Translations under genes and position numbers: made by a program | Assembly (NCBI GenBank): GCA_963833985.1 | Contig: CAWIAD010000002.1 | Location: 3,968,001 to 4,032,000, forward strand | DNA: 64,000 bases | DNA from: an uncultured Planctomycetaceae bacterium | GTDB taxonomy: Bacteria > Planctomycetota > Planctomycetia > Isosphaerales > Isosphaeraceae | Direction of reading: 5' to 3' | The notes under the pieces: generated by a model | The model's input: only the letters and a program-made list of their open reading frames with translations | Told to the model about the DNA's origin: nothing | The model's database searches: none | Shown: positions 32,857 to 43,965 of the stretch, piece by piece | How the letters are laid out: each line of letters starts with the position of its first letter | How positions within the stretch are numbered: position 1 is the first letter of the stretch

Positions 32857-33937
32857 ATGAACCTCGCCGTGCAGCGAGTTCGACATCTTCCTTGGGCTGG
32901 ACCGGCCGATCTTCGCCGGCGGGGCCGGTTGCTCCCCGCTCTGGAGCCGCTCGAGTCCAGGATCGCGCTCAGTTCGCTTTTCCAGGGACCCGTCGCCAGC
33001 CTCACGAGCCTCTGCTGCGATCAAGCCAGGCACGGCCGGCAACAGCTCCGCCCAGGTCGGGCCGCATACCCCCAAGGCTCAAAAATCGCCAGACCCTTCC
33101 GAGGTCGCTGCGGCGAGCAGGGCCACGAGCTCGGACCCGGAAGCCGAGAAGCCGACCGACACCGGGGGCTCGGAGGATTCCGCCGCGCTTCCTGATCTCG
33201 CGGTCCCCACGCTCAGCCAGATGTCCATGCTTGCCGCCGAGAACGGGCTGCCCGCCCCGCAGAGCCTGAGCCAGGCGCAGGCGATGATGTCCGGCCTGCT
33301 GGCGCAGCTTGCCGGGGCCCTCACCGCGGGGAGCCTGACGGACGAACTGCCGACGGCCGCAAGTCCCTCGACCAGCAGTGTCCATCAACCAGCGGGCCCG
33401 TACCTGTCCACCTTCTATGCCGCGGGAAATCACGGCTACGAGTATCCCGCCACGTTCCGGTCCCTGGTTCTCTCGCATCCCTCTCACTCCGACGGGGCGC
33501 AGGCGAACCTCGCAGGCGAGCAGCTCATGGACGGCCAGGATGCCGTGCTTGCCGCCAGCGAGGCTCAAGACCTGGCCCGGGAGGGGACCTTGCCGTTTCC
33601 GGAGCCACGGCTCGTGCTCGCTGTGGACGCACCGGGCGGACCGCCAGTCGCCTGGGGTTCCTGGGCGCAGAGCGGCGCTGGGCTTGACGGTGAAAGCCTC
33701 CCGGCGGACGAGGTCCTTGCCGGCCCGCGGCCCACGATGATCTCGGCCATGCGTCCCGCGGGGGCGAGGCCGGGTGAACCCTTGCCGGCCGACCTCCAGG
33801 TGAATGTGCGGGTCATCGCCGCGCTCGCGGCCGGGCTGGTCTTGCCGAATGTCCTGCTGATCGGCTCGGGCGTTGCCCGCAGGCGGGCGCTGGCGGCCCA
33901 TGCGGACCTGGCCACGCAGCCGCAGCTGCCTAAATAG
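32857..33937 (+). CDS. Planctomycete extracellular-type protein (LEPLESR motif); frameshift near 33005
   Basis: RRRGRLLPALEPLESRIALS N-terminal motif. An open frame from about 33008 joins ORF 33221..33937, which ends in a hydrophobic segment plus RRR. Confidence 0.6.
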
Positions 33938-34059
33938 CTCCCCGTAAGAGGGAAAGTGTGGAACGGCCGCCCTCGGCCGTCCTGAGCGCAGGCGCAGCTG
34001 CCTAAATAGCTCCCCGTAAGAGGGAAAGTGTGGAACGGCCGCCCTCGGCCGTCCTGAGC
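33921..34059. repeat. Tandem duplication with 72-bp period (2 copies) containing a GC palindrome
   Basis: cgcagctgcctaaatagctccccgtaagagggaaagtgtggaacggccgccctcggccgtcctgagc at 33921 and 33993. Confidence 0.9.
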
Positions 34060-34103
34060 CAGCCGAGGGCGGCTGGCCCACATTCCAAGAGGCGAGGGTT
34101 TAT

Positions 34104-35141
34104 TTAGCGACTGACACCGGAGCGCCCCACAGCAGGCCGGGTCGCCGCGGAGGGCGCCTCGTTTGGCCTCGGTGTGTTCGGCAGCCGCGCTGCGTGATCG
34201 AAGATCTCCACCTCGACACGCTGCCCCAGCTTCAGCGAGGTCTGCGCGAGGAACGCAATCCGCACCGGCAAGACACGGCTGTCGGTGGGCCGGCCTGGAT
34301 CCTCAGGGCGAATCCGCCTGCCGGTGACGATGTCGGCCACCTCCTCCAGGACGCCCGGCCACGACTTCCCTTGATAGCCTTCCGCCGCGATGGTCACCGC
34401 GGATCCCGGGGCACAGTGGCTGATATCGTACTCGTCGACCTCGGCCTCGATGCGCAGCTTGTGCAGGTCCACGATCTTCACCAGCGGCGTGCCCACGTTG
34501 AGCGTCTCACCGGGGTGCGCCATGCGGGTGACGACGACCCCGTCGATCGGGGCCATGATGCGGGTCTTGGCCAGCATGGCATCCAGCCTCTTGACCATGG
34601 CCAGGGCGGCCGCACGGCGGCTGCGGGCGATGCTCAGCCGCGAGACGATGCGCTCTCGTTCCTCGTCGGTTCCCGCCTGCCGCACGATCAACCGGTCCAC
34701 ACGGGCCAGTTCTTTCTGCTGATGCTCCAGCTCGGTGCTGGCTTCCGCGACCCGCGCAAGCGACTCGTCGAGCGAGGCCCTGAGCTCGTCGCATTTGAAC
34801 TCCACCAGCGGATCTCCCCTTCGCACCGTGGATTTCTCCTGGACCAGCACCCGGATGATGGTGCCCGCGGTCTCGGCACCGACGATGATCTCGGCGCCTG
34901 GATAGGCGACGACCCGGCCTTCGGCCATGATTCCCGGCCGGGCGGCCCGCTTCGGGGCGGCAGGCTGGGCGAGCGGCTCGCCTGGCGGCGTTTCGTTGCC
35001 CATCCAGTGCAGCACACCGCGCATCGACGCTGGACCCAGCTCGATTGATCCGGTGCGGGCCACCTGCCAGACCAGCAAGGCCGCAAGGGCAAGCCCGCTG
35101 ACCGGCAAGACGACGCGGCCGAAGAACATGGACAGCGACAT
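34104..35141 (-). CDS. Efflux periplasmic adaptor (HlyD/DevB/MacA-like MFP)
   Basis: N-terminal TM, lipoyl halves (G.I.RVLVQE...V..GDPL and I.APIDGVV), coiled coil, AEVDEYDI. Confidence 0.9.
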   Translation of the reverse strand: MSLSMFFGRVVLPVSGLALAALLVWQVARTGSIELGPASMRGVLHWMGNETPPGEPLAQPAAPKRAARPGIMAEGRVVAYPGAEIIVGAETAGTIIRVLVQEKSTVRRGDPLVEFKCDELRASLDESLARVAEASTELEHQQKELARVDRLIVRQAGTDEERERIVSRLSIARSRRAAALAMVKRLDAMLAKTRIMAPIDGVVVTRMAHPGETLNVGTPLVKIVDLHKLRIEAEVDEYDISHCAPGSAVTIAAEGYQGKSWPGVLEEVADIVTGRRIRPEDPGRPTDSRVLPVRIAFLAQTSLKLGQRVEVEIFDHAARLPNTPRPNEAPSAATRPAVGRSGVSR

Positions 35142-35144
35142 GAC

Positions 35145-35824
<680 letters not shown>

Positions 35825-35854
35825 CCCAGGGCCTCCTGTGATTCGTCCCTCTGC

Positions 35855-36982
35855 TCAGCCACGGAAGACGACGGCCGGGTCCAGCCCCGCGATCTTGCGG
35901 AACGACAGGCCGGAAGCCGCCAGGCAGAGCACCTGGGTTCCCAGGAAGACCAGGACGCTCACTGTCGGCGTGACCATCAATTTCATGTCCATGCGAAGCA
36001 GGATCGGTTCCATCCCCAGCGTGAGCGCCAGGCCCAGCAGGAAGCCGAGAAACGCGGCGAACATCGCCTGCTCGCCGATGAGCACGTAGACATCGCGATT
36101 CCGCCCTCCCAGGGCCTTGATGGTGCCGAACTCCGGCAGGTGCTCGGTGGTCGAGGCGTAGAGGGTCTGGGCCACGATCACAATTCCGACCAGAGCCCCC
36201 AGGAAGACGGTCAAGAAGATGGTCAGCCCCAGGCCCGTGCTCTCGATCCAGTAGCGCCGCGAGATCGCCTCCCAGTCCGCCCGGGTGTGCACGTCGTTGT
36301 ACGGCAGCTTGCGGCGGATCTCGGCGCAGACCTGTTGCAGGTTGGCTGACGGCTCCAGCTTGGCGATGACGAATGTCGTCCGCCCGTTCAGCTCGTCGGG
36401 AGAGAGCGTCTGGGCAAGCTGGTAATCGATGAAGGCCATGGGGTTGGTGGTGAACGAGCGGGCCTCGCTGGTGCGGCCGATGATCTTCAGGCGGTGGCCC
36501 TGGAATTCGCGGTACTCGCCCATCTGGAACGGGCCGAACCGGCGCTCGGCGGACTCGTCGAGCATGACGTAGCGGCCCCGGCGGAGATTGGCCGAGCTAC
36601 CTTCCACGACCTTCCAGGGAAACCCCCAGCGCTCGAAGTTCTCCAGGCCGTAATAGATGACCGACTCCTTCGCACCGGTGGGCAGAGCCACCACGGCGTA
36701 CCAGACAATCAGGTTATCCGCACGGGCGACACCGGGGATCGACCGCACGCGCTGCACGTACGTCTCGGGGAACGGATTGGCGAAGTCCACGTTGGGCGTG
36801 TTCCGGGCCGTCACCCAGATGTCCGCGTCCAGCTTCTCGATGGTGATGCTGGCGTTTTCCAGGAGCCCGAAAAAGAGCCCCACCTGGATGAGCACGAGCG
36901 CCACGGCGAAGCCCACGCCCAGCACGGTGGCGAGGAACCGCGTCTTGTCGTCCAGCAGCATCTTGAAGGCAAGGTCGATCAT
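35855..36982 (-). CDS. ABC transporter permease (FtsX/DevC-like)
   Basis: N-terminal TM, periplasmic domain (ADIWV), EFGTIKALG motif and three C-terminal TMs. Confidence 0.9.
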   Translation of the reverse strand: MIDLAFKMLLDDKTRFLATVLGVGFAVALVLIQVGLFFGLLENASITIEKLDADIWVTARNTPNVDFANPFPETYVQRVRSIPGVARADNLIVWYAVVALPTGAKESVIYYGLENFERWGFPWKVVEGSSANLRRGRYVMLDESAERRFGPFQMGEYREFQGHRLKIIGRTSEARSFTTNPMAFIDYQLAQTLSPDELNGRTTFVIAKLEPSANLQQVCAEIRRKLPYNDVHTRADWEAISRRYWIESTGLGLTIFLTVFLGALVGIVIVAQTLYASTTEHLPEFGTIKALGGRNRDVYVLIGEQAMFAAFLGFLLGLALTLGMEPILLRMDMKLMVTPTVSVLVFLGTQVLCLAASGLSFRKIAGLDPAVVFRG

Positions 36983-36988
36983 GGGGCT

Positions 36989-37795
36989 TCACCTCTGGGC
37001 GACGACCCGAGCGACCAGGCCATCGGGCAGGTGCACCAGCAGCTTCATGAGCAACGCCATTGGCCAGGGAAAGCTGACCATTCCCGACCTGCGGCGCACG
37101 ATCAGCCGGGCGATGCGCCGGGCGGCGGAGGCTGCCGAGATCTGAAACGGCGCCGCCGTCTCCATGGGAACCATGGGCGTATCCACGAACCCGGGGCAGA
37201 CCGTCGTCACGGCGATGCCCGTATCGCGCAAGGCAATCCGCAACCCTTCCATGAAAACGTTCACCGCCGCCTTGCTGGCGCAGTAGGCGGATTCGCCGGG
37301 AATCCCCTTGAACGAGGCCATGCTGCTGACAGCGACGATCTGGCCCCGCTGACGCTTCAGCAAACCCGGCAAGACGGCCTCGATCGCGTAAATCACTCCC
37401 ATCAGGTTGACGCGAAAGGTCTCCTCGATGCCGTCCATGTTCAGGGGGTCATGGCACGTGGGCACGCCCACGCCGGCATTGGCCACCAGCACATCCACCG
37501 GCCCCGCGGCCGCTTCCAGCTCGTGCAGCGCGGCGTGCAGCCGCGGGCGGTCGCTCACATCGGTCATCACCGGGTAGGCGGCCCCCCCCCGCGATTGGAT
37601 CTCCCGGGCGAGCACTTCCAGAAGGGGCAGGCGGCGAGCCACCAGACCGACCCGGTAGCCCCTGGCGGCCAGCTCCAGCGCCAGCGCGCGGCCGATGCCG
37701 CTGGAGGCGCCCGTGACCACGGCGACTCCGCGGGACGGGTCTTTCATGGGCTTGCTTGGCCGATGGCCGTTGATCGGCTGCGAGGGTTCAGGCAT
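36989..37795 (-). CDS. Short-chain dehydrogenase/reductase
   Basis: TGASSGIG, VARR, ANAG, VSS, YCASK, PGFVDTPM. Confidence 0.92.
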   Translation of the reverse strand: MPEPSQPINGHRPSKPMKDPSRGVAVVTGASSGIGRALALELAARGYRVGLVARRLPLLEVLAREIQSRGGAAYPVMTDVSDRPRLHAALHELEAAAGPVDVLVANAGVGVPTCHDPLNMDGIEETFRVNLMGVIYAIEAVLPGLLKRQRGQIVAVSSMASFKGIPGESAYCASKAAVNVFMEGLRIALRDTGIAVTTVCPGFVDTPMVPMETAAPFQISAASAARRIARLIVRRRSGMVSFPWPMALLMKLLVHLPDGLVARVVAQR

Positions 37796-37854
37796 GGAAG
37801 GTTCCACGACGAAGTCGAGCGCCCAGCGCGGCCGGGCCTCACTTCGACACCGCG

Positions 37855-39066
37855 CTAGATGGCCCGGAGCACAAGGCAGGTGTTGCTGCCGCCGAAGCCA
37901 AAGGAATTCGACACGGCAATCTCCACCGGATGCGGCCTGGCTTCCCTGGCCACCAGGTTCAGATCCACTTCCGGGTCGTCGAGATTGATCGTCGGCGGGA
38001 TGGCGCCGTGACGCATGGCCGTCAGGCAAGCGAGCGCCTCGATGGCTCCCGCGGCGGTGAGCAGGTGGCCCGTCATGCTCTTGGTCGAGGTCACGGGAAT
38101 CTGCTGGAGCGCCTCGCCAAAGACCAGTCTGAGCACCTCGGCCTCGGTGGCATCGCCGACCGGGGTGCTGGTGGCGTGCGCGTTGATGTGGTCCACCTGC
38201 TCGATCGCCACGCCGGCATCGTCCAGGGCCTGGCGCACGGCGGATGCCGCGGGTCTGGGGTCCGGGCTGGGTATGACGTGATGATGGGCATCGCTGCTGG
38301 CTCCGCAGCCGGCCACCTCTCCGTAGGCCCTGGCCGACCTGCGGCGCGCCGATCCCGCGCGCTCCAGCACGAACGCCACGCCCCCTTCACCGAGCACGAA
38401 CCCGTCCCGACCTCGGTCAAAGGGCCGCGAGGCGCCCTGGGGATCGTGGTTGCGCCGGGACAGTGCCCGGAGGTTGCCGAACGTCGCCAGGCCAACCGGT
38501 GTCACGGCCATCTCGCAGCCGCCGGCCACGCACAGGTCCACCAGGCCTCGCCGCAGCCAGGTCCGGCCAATCTGGAATGCATAGTTGCTGGAGGCACAGG
38601 CCGCCGAGAGTGTCAGCGACGGTCCCGACAGGCGGCAGGCGCGCTGCACTCGCTCCAGGGTTGACTCCTCGTCCTGCTCAGGGTCGTCCACGCGGTTTCC
38701 GCCGCGTTCCGCATCGGATTCCCAGACCTGCATCCATTCAGCGCCGAAGCCCAGAACCAGGCCGATTCGCAAGTCGTCTCGCTCGTCCCAGAGGCCGGCG
38801 TCGCGCAGGGCCGACTCGACACACCAGCAGGCGGCCTGCTCCAGCCGCGGCCAGGCGCCAAATGCCGCGGGATCCTGTCCGGGCGGGCAGGGAACCCGGG
38901 CGATCCGCGCGGCGATGCGGCTCGGGTAGTCATCGGTGGGAAAGGCATTCACCTGGGCGATGCCCGAGCGGCCCGCGAGCAGGTTTTCTTCCAGCGTCAG
39001 GGGGTCGGAGCCGAGCGTGGTCGTGAGCCCGACGCCGGTGATCCAGACGGGTGGCCCGGCCTTCAT
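37855..39066 (-). CDS. Beta-ketoacyl-ACP synthase (FabF/KAS II-like)
   Basis: ITGVG, AACASS (catalytic Cys), SRPFD..RDGFVLGEG, NAHATST, KSMTGH, SNSFGFGG; GGAGG RBS before the ATG. Confidence 0.93.
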   Translation of the reverse strand: MKAGPPVWITGVGLTTTLGSDPLTLEENLLAGRSGIAQVNAFPTDDYPSRIAARIARVPCPPGQDPAAFGAWPRLEQAACWCVESALRDAGLWDERDDLRIGLVLGFGAEWMQVWESDAERGGNRVDDPEQDEESTLERVQRACRLSGPSLTLSAACASSNYAFQIGRTWLRRGLVDLCVAGGCEMAVTPVGLATFGNLRALSRRNHDPQGASRPFDRGRDGFVLGEGGVAFVLERAGSARRRSARAYGEVAGCGASSDAHHHVIPSPDPRPAASAVRQALDDAGVAIEQVDHINAHATSTPVGDATEAEVLRLVFGEALQQIPVTSTKSMTGHLLTAAGAIEALACLTAMRHGAIPPTINLDDPEVDLNLVAREARPHPVEIAVSNSFGFGGSNTCLVLRAI

Positions 39067-40023
39067 CGTGGTTCCTCCAGGTTCTCTACCTGGTGCTCGG
39101 AAAGCACCTCGATGCAAACCCGTCCCGTGGCGTCCGTGCCCACGGGATGCCCGCCCGGTCTCGTCCGACGCATCCGAGCGAGGTGGGGCCCCGAGAACGC
39201 CGCGGAGGCGTGTGCGGCGTGGTGAATGGTGCGGAATCCGGACGGTCCCCGCGCGGGGTTTCATGGGTGCATCCGTCAGCCGGCGGGCCAGTGCCCCGAG
39301 ATCGAGGGGACGGGGCTCGGCGCTCTGCCGGTTCACCCGCAGGTTCAGCCTGGGGCGCCCTGACTCCGAACCCGGCATGGCCGGGACCAGACCCAGGGCG
39401 ATCGCCTGGCACTCCGTGGCGACGCGGGGCTGGCCGTCGTCGTCGGGCTCCAGTTCCGGGGACCACCCGCTGGTCACGAACCAGACTCCCGGCACCACGC
39501 CGCTGACAAGCCACGACAGAGCCGTCAGCAACCCTTCCGTGGAGGCGAAGCGGCCTCCGCCTGTCCCCAGGTTTGGCCCATGGATGCGCAGGGCGAGGCT
39601 GAGCGTGCCCGCGGGCGAATGCAGCGCGTAGTGGGGGATCAGGTGCGGGGAAACGCCCCAGACACCCTCCGCGTGAAACCGCTTCAGTGCCTGTTGCAGG
39701 TGCGACCGTCCCAGGAAACGAGAGGCGGCCACGACCCCCCAGCGGTTCGAGAAGCTGTCATCCGTTTCCAGAAGATGGCCGACGGCTTGCTGGAGCGCGG
39801 TCAGTGCCACGACGGTTTGCTCGTCGGAATAGCGCAAGGCTGATGGCGCGATCAGCCCGGTGCCGTCGGGCAGCGTGCCGGGGTTGCGGCGCTGGGCGGC
39901 GATCTCGGATCGAGACATCTGGCAAAAACCGATGGCGGCGACATCCGCATGCAGGGCATGCAGGGCATGCCGGTCAAGGAGGTCAGCCTCCTGCCGGCGG
40001 GACTCCGTTCCGCTTTTCTGCAT
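39067..40023 (-). CDS. Ketosynthase-like N-terminal domain protein lacking the catalytic Cys (chain-length-factor-like); reads in frame into the KS in this assembly
   Basis: VSPHLIPHYALHSPAGTLSLALRIHGPN resembles the KS segment before the active site, but GGGRFAS stands where TACAS would be. Confidence 0.65.
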
Positions 40024-40355
40024 CGTCGCGTGTACCTTTCCCTCGGGCGGGCGGACGGTCCACTGCCCCACGCGGATCCGACCGATTGACGCGATTGGGA
40101 TCACGGTCCTCCCGACTCTTCCGGGTGGGAGGACTGTAACCTTTCGATCGTCGATACTGATCGTGACTGTTTACGGTTTTTTCTATAAGTTGACCAGTCC
40201 GTTCTCTGACCTCCAGGTTCCGTGCTCGATTCTCCTTTCCGCGGCGAACGTCCGCACAGGACAGGGACCGGCTGGATCCGGAGGCCCGCGCACCGGACAC
40301 GAATCCGCCCCACTGGCAGCGATGAAACGCTGCGTCCTGGATCCGAGGAGTCTCC

Positions 40356-41675
40356 ATGAACGTTGAACTCCCCATCGACAAGCTTGCCCGCTCTCTTGGC
40401 CGCAACGCACTGGTGCGTCTCTGTACCGAGTTCGAGCAGGCTTTCCCCGAGGTCCATCTCAAGGACCTTGTCGTCGAGCAGGCCGGCCCGGGACGCACGA
40501 TCGTGGTGGCAGGGCGGCCGGTCGTGAACTTCGGCTCGGACAGCTTCCTGGGGCTGGACCGCGATCCGCGGGTACTCGCCGCCATCCGGCGGGGCCTGGA
40601 GCGGTGGGGGGCGCACAACGGAGCCTCGCGCGCCTTCGCCAGCGTCCAGTCGAACGTCGACGCCGAAAAAAGGCTTGCCGCCTGGATGGGCGCCGAATCC
40701 ACCTTGATCTATCCCTCGGTGACTCTGGCCAACCACGGCGCCATCCCGGGCCTTCTGGGCAAGCCGGACGTCGTCGTCCTGGACGAACTGGCCCATAACT
40801 CGATGCAGGAAGGCGCCAGGCTGGCGCGGGCGAATGGCACCCGCCTCGCCACGTTCTCGCACAACAGCGCCGAATCGCTCGAGCAGACGCTCAAGAAGCT
40901 GGCCCCGTACAACCTGGCCCTCATCTGTATCGACGGGGTCTACAGCATGAGCGGCGTGGTTCCGCCCATGGGCCGGTTCAACGAGATCGCACGCCGGTCC
41001 AGCGGCGTACTGTACATCGACGACGCCCACGGCACGGGAGTGCTTGGCGCCCTCGGGCGCGGTACGGTCCTGGAGGCCCTGGGAAGTTACGACAACGTCT
41101 TCGTCGTCGGTTCGCTGTCGAAGGCATTCTCCTGTGCGGGCGGCTTCATCGCCTGTCCGGCCGCGTTCCAGAAGCTGCTGAAGATCCGTTCAAACACCTA
41201 CATCTTTGGAGGGCCCGTCGTGCCGCCCTACCTGGATGCCGTCTGCACCGTGGTCGACATCCTCGAGTCCGACGAGTTCCCGACCTTGCGCAGCAGCCTC
41301 GACCGCCACATCCAGCGGCTCACGGCGGGTCTGAAGGCGCTCGATCTCGTCGTCACGGGCGGGGCAACTCCCATCATCTCCGTACTCGTCGGCGACGAGG
41401 CGGATACCCTGCGCGCCGGGAAGCTGCTCTTCGATGACGGCTACTACGTTCAGTCGGTGCTCTTTCCCGCCGTCCCCTACCACGGCGGCATTCTGCGCAT
41501 CCAGTGCAACGCCAATCACACCGACGAGGCCATCGAGGGGCTGGTGGCGGCCTTCGCCAGGCTCAAGCAAGCGCTCCGCTTGCCCACGGAAACCGGCAGG
41601 GCGAGCGATGTCTCGGTGCTCGCCAGGCTGGTGCAAAAGGGCCAGTCCTATCTCCTGGGCAGGGCCGCCGGCTGA
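40356..41675 (+). CDS. PLP-dependent alpha-oxoamine synthase (BioF/SPT family)
   Basis: NFGSDSFLGL, DELAHNS, DGVYSMSG, IDDAHGTGVLG, SLSKAF (PLP Lys). Confidence 0.92.
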   Translation: MNVELPIDKLARSLGRNALVRLCTEFEQAFPEVHLKDLVVEQAGPGRTIVVAGRPVVNFGSDSFLGLDRDPRVLAAIRRGLERWGAHNGASRAFASVQSNVDAEKRLAAWMGAESTLIYPSVTLANHGAIPGLLGKPDVVVLDELAHNSMQEGARLARANGTRLATFSHNSAESLEQTLKKLAPYNLALICIDGVYSMSGVVPPMGRFNEIARRSSGVLYIDDAHGTGVLGALGRGTVLEALGSYDNVFVVGSLSKAFSCAGGFIACPAAFQKLLKIRSNTYIFGGPVVPPYLDAVCTVVDILESDEFPTLRSSLDRHIQRLTAGLKALDLVVTGGATPIISVLVGDEADTLRAGKLLFDDGYYVQSVLFPAVPYHGGILRIQCNANHTDEAIEGLVAAFARLKQALRLPTETGRASDVSVLARLVQKGQSYLLGRAAG

Positions 41676-41764
41676 CCCGGCAAGCGGCTGACCCGGCAAG
41701 CGGAGCGCTCGAGCGCCCGGGATGGGTCGGACGGACCAGATCCCGGGCGGCACGGTGTCTGCCC

Positions 41765-42064
41765 TCAGGCCGCCTCGGCCTCGGCGGGGGGAGCCAGCAC
41801 GGACGCCTGTGCGGCAGCGGCCTGCACCTTGGCGTGGATGAGATCCAGAAGCTGGCCGACCACCTTCACTTCCATCAGCTCTTCCATGGTCAAGCGGATC
41901 CGGAATTGCCGCTCCACGCGCATCACCAGGCCAACGACGTCAACCGAGTCGAGGCCCAGACCCTCGCGCAGCTCGGCGGAGTCATCCTGGAGCGAATAGC
42001 TTTCACCCATCTCCTCTTCGAGCAGATTCACCAGAACCGTTCTCAGCTCTTCGCGATCCATCAT
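41765..42064 (-). CDS. Acyl carrier protein
   Basis: LREGLGLDSVDVVGLVMRVE..F.I; acidic, 99 aa. Confidence 0.92.
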   Translation of the reverse strand: MMDREELRTVLVNLLEEEMGESYSLQDDSAELREGLGLDSVDVVGLVMRVERQFRIRLTMEELMEVKVVGQLLDLIHAKVQAAAAQASVLAPPAEAEAA

Positions 42065-42224
42065 TGATCCACTCCTGTCTCATCGCCAGGCGGGTCGCGC
42101 GCGGGGACCGGGCGACCTTGACCCTTGTCCGGCATCCCTGCTTGGACGAAACTCACGGCGAGCCGGCACACTATAACGATTCTCGCAATCCGATCAATTC
42201 AATTCGCCTGCACGGAACCGCAAC

Positions 42225-43965
42225 GGGTGTAAGACGCGGTTCGCGCCGCCCGAGGCCGGTGGTAGCATGTCAAGTCAAGTTTCCCAAATTGTCCGTCACC
42301 GGAAGTCCAAGGAGGGACCTGCTATGCCTTTCCGTAAGTCACCATCGATGGATCGCACCGGGGTCGAGCAGATGGCCAAAGGGTGGGGGAAAACTGTGGC
42401 GCAGACGGGTCCACGAAGAAGTTGGGCCTGACCTGGACCTCGATGCCGACGACATGGAACAAATGGCCATGACCGCGGCCTGTGCCGTGGCCAAGGGAAC
42501 CATCGAGGAACTCCTGAAGCAGAAAGCCTCCCTCTTGGGGGCCGAGCAGCCTTGTCCCAACTGCAAGCGGCTCTGTCCGGTGCAACGCAACGATCGAACC
42601 ATTGAATTCTGGGGAGGCAAGGTCACCTACGCCGAACCGAAGTGCCACTGCCCGGCATGTCGCCGGGATTTTTTTCCCTCAGCGTCCGGCCTTGCGCCTC
42701 ACGCCACATGACTACAGCCCTTCGGTGCTGCGCAAGATCGTCCGTTGCGGTGCCCGGGAGCCCTCCTTCCGGGAGGCGGCCGAGGCGATGGCGGAATTGG
42801 CCGAGGTGACCATCGGCAGTCGGCAGATCGGCCGCATCGCCCAGGAGGTCGGCCAACAATTGCAGGCCGAGAGAGATCAGCATGTGAGCGAACTTCAAGC
42901 CCATAAGCTCGAGCCGCGAGTCGAGACACGGCCGGCTCTGGCAGTGGTCGAGGTTGACGGCGGCCGGCTGCAGATTCGCGGCCAGGGGGAAGGGCCCGGT
43001 GCCCATGATGCGTCCTGGCGTGAGGACAAGATCGCGATTCTGGCCACCATGGCCAATGTCGTCTCGGACTGCGACCCGGAGCCGGAGTTGCCCGCCTGCT
43101 ACCGCGACCGGGGATACGTCGAGAAGCTTGTCGGCGGGATCAGCGGGTCGAGCTCGATGGGCCTACAGGAGGCCCCGGCGGAGAACATCGACGAAGCATC
43201 TCTGCCGTCCCCCGGGGATCGGTCCGAGCCGAGGGAAAGGCCCGAACTGGTGGTGCGGACTTACGTGGCGAGCACCTGCTCCAGCGAGCAATTCGGGCCG
43301 ATGGTGGCCGCGGAGGCGTGGCGACGCAATCTCATGAAAGCGGCTCATCGGGCGTTCCTGGGGGACGGCTCGGCCTGGATCTGGAAATTGCAGCAACGGC
43401 ATTTTCCGACCTTTCTGGCCATCGTTGATTTTCTCCACGCCCTGGGTCACCTGTTCGCGGCCGCCAAGGCTGCGGCGATCGAGACCGAAGGCCGCTGGGA
43501 GTTGTTCCAGGCATGGGCGGAGGCCTGCTGGAAGGGACGCGTGGGCCAGGTGATTGAGGAACTCCGTACCCTGCGAGATGCCCAGGCGTCCTTATCCGGA
43601 GACGAGCTCGAACGGCTGGCCGACGATGACCCGCGCAAGATCATCGCCCAAGAACTCGGCTACCTGGAGCATAATCGAGAGCGGATGGACTACCCTGCTT
43701 ATCGACGCGGGGGATTGCCGTGGACGAGCAGTCACGTGGAGTCGACCGTGAAGATCTTCAACCGGCGGGTCAAGGGGTCGGAGAAATTCTGGAGCGACGC
43801 CGGTGCCGAGACGATGCTTCAGCTTCGAGCGTCGTTCCTCTCGGAGGACGGACGCCTGGATCGGTACCTCAAAGAGAGGCCCAGCAGCCCCTTCCGCAAC
43901 TATAAAGCCAGGGAAACTGGGAAAGCGGCGTAGGACCTCAGAAAAACGAACCGTGTCTTACACCC
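42225..43965 (+). mobile_element. Insertion sequence, ISKra4-like, 1741 bp
   Basis: IRL gggtgtaagacgcggttcg (42225) and IRR cgaaccgtgtcttacaccc (43947-43965) match at 18/19. The 9-bp direct repeat AACCGCAAC flanks both ends. Confidence 0.93.
42324..43933 (+). CDS. ISKra4-like transposase in two ORFs joined by a probable -1 frameshift at T7 (42669-42675)
   Basis: OrfA has CPNC and CPAC-RRDFFP, with a further small indel near 42400. OrfB has VEVDGG, LGDGSAWIW, DFLHA, MDYPAYRRGGLP..SS.VES.VK. Confidence 0.88.

Noticed and set aside
40356..41675. Plain bioF annotation
   Set aside because: No bioA/B/C/D nearby and the context is KS, ACP and SDR, so it is left as AOS family.
41671..41702. Short direct duplications (16 bp here; 10-bp units at about 46973-46998; 21-bp period at about 62946-62986)
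   Set aside because: Small intergenic slippage repeats with no evidence of function.
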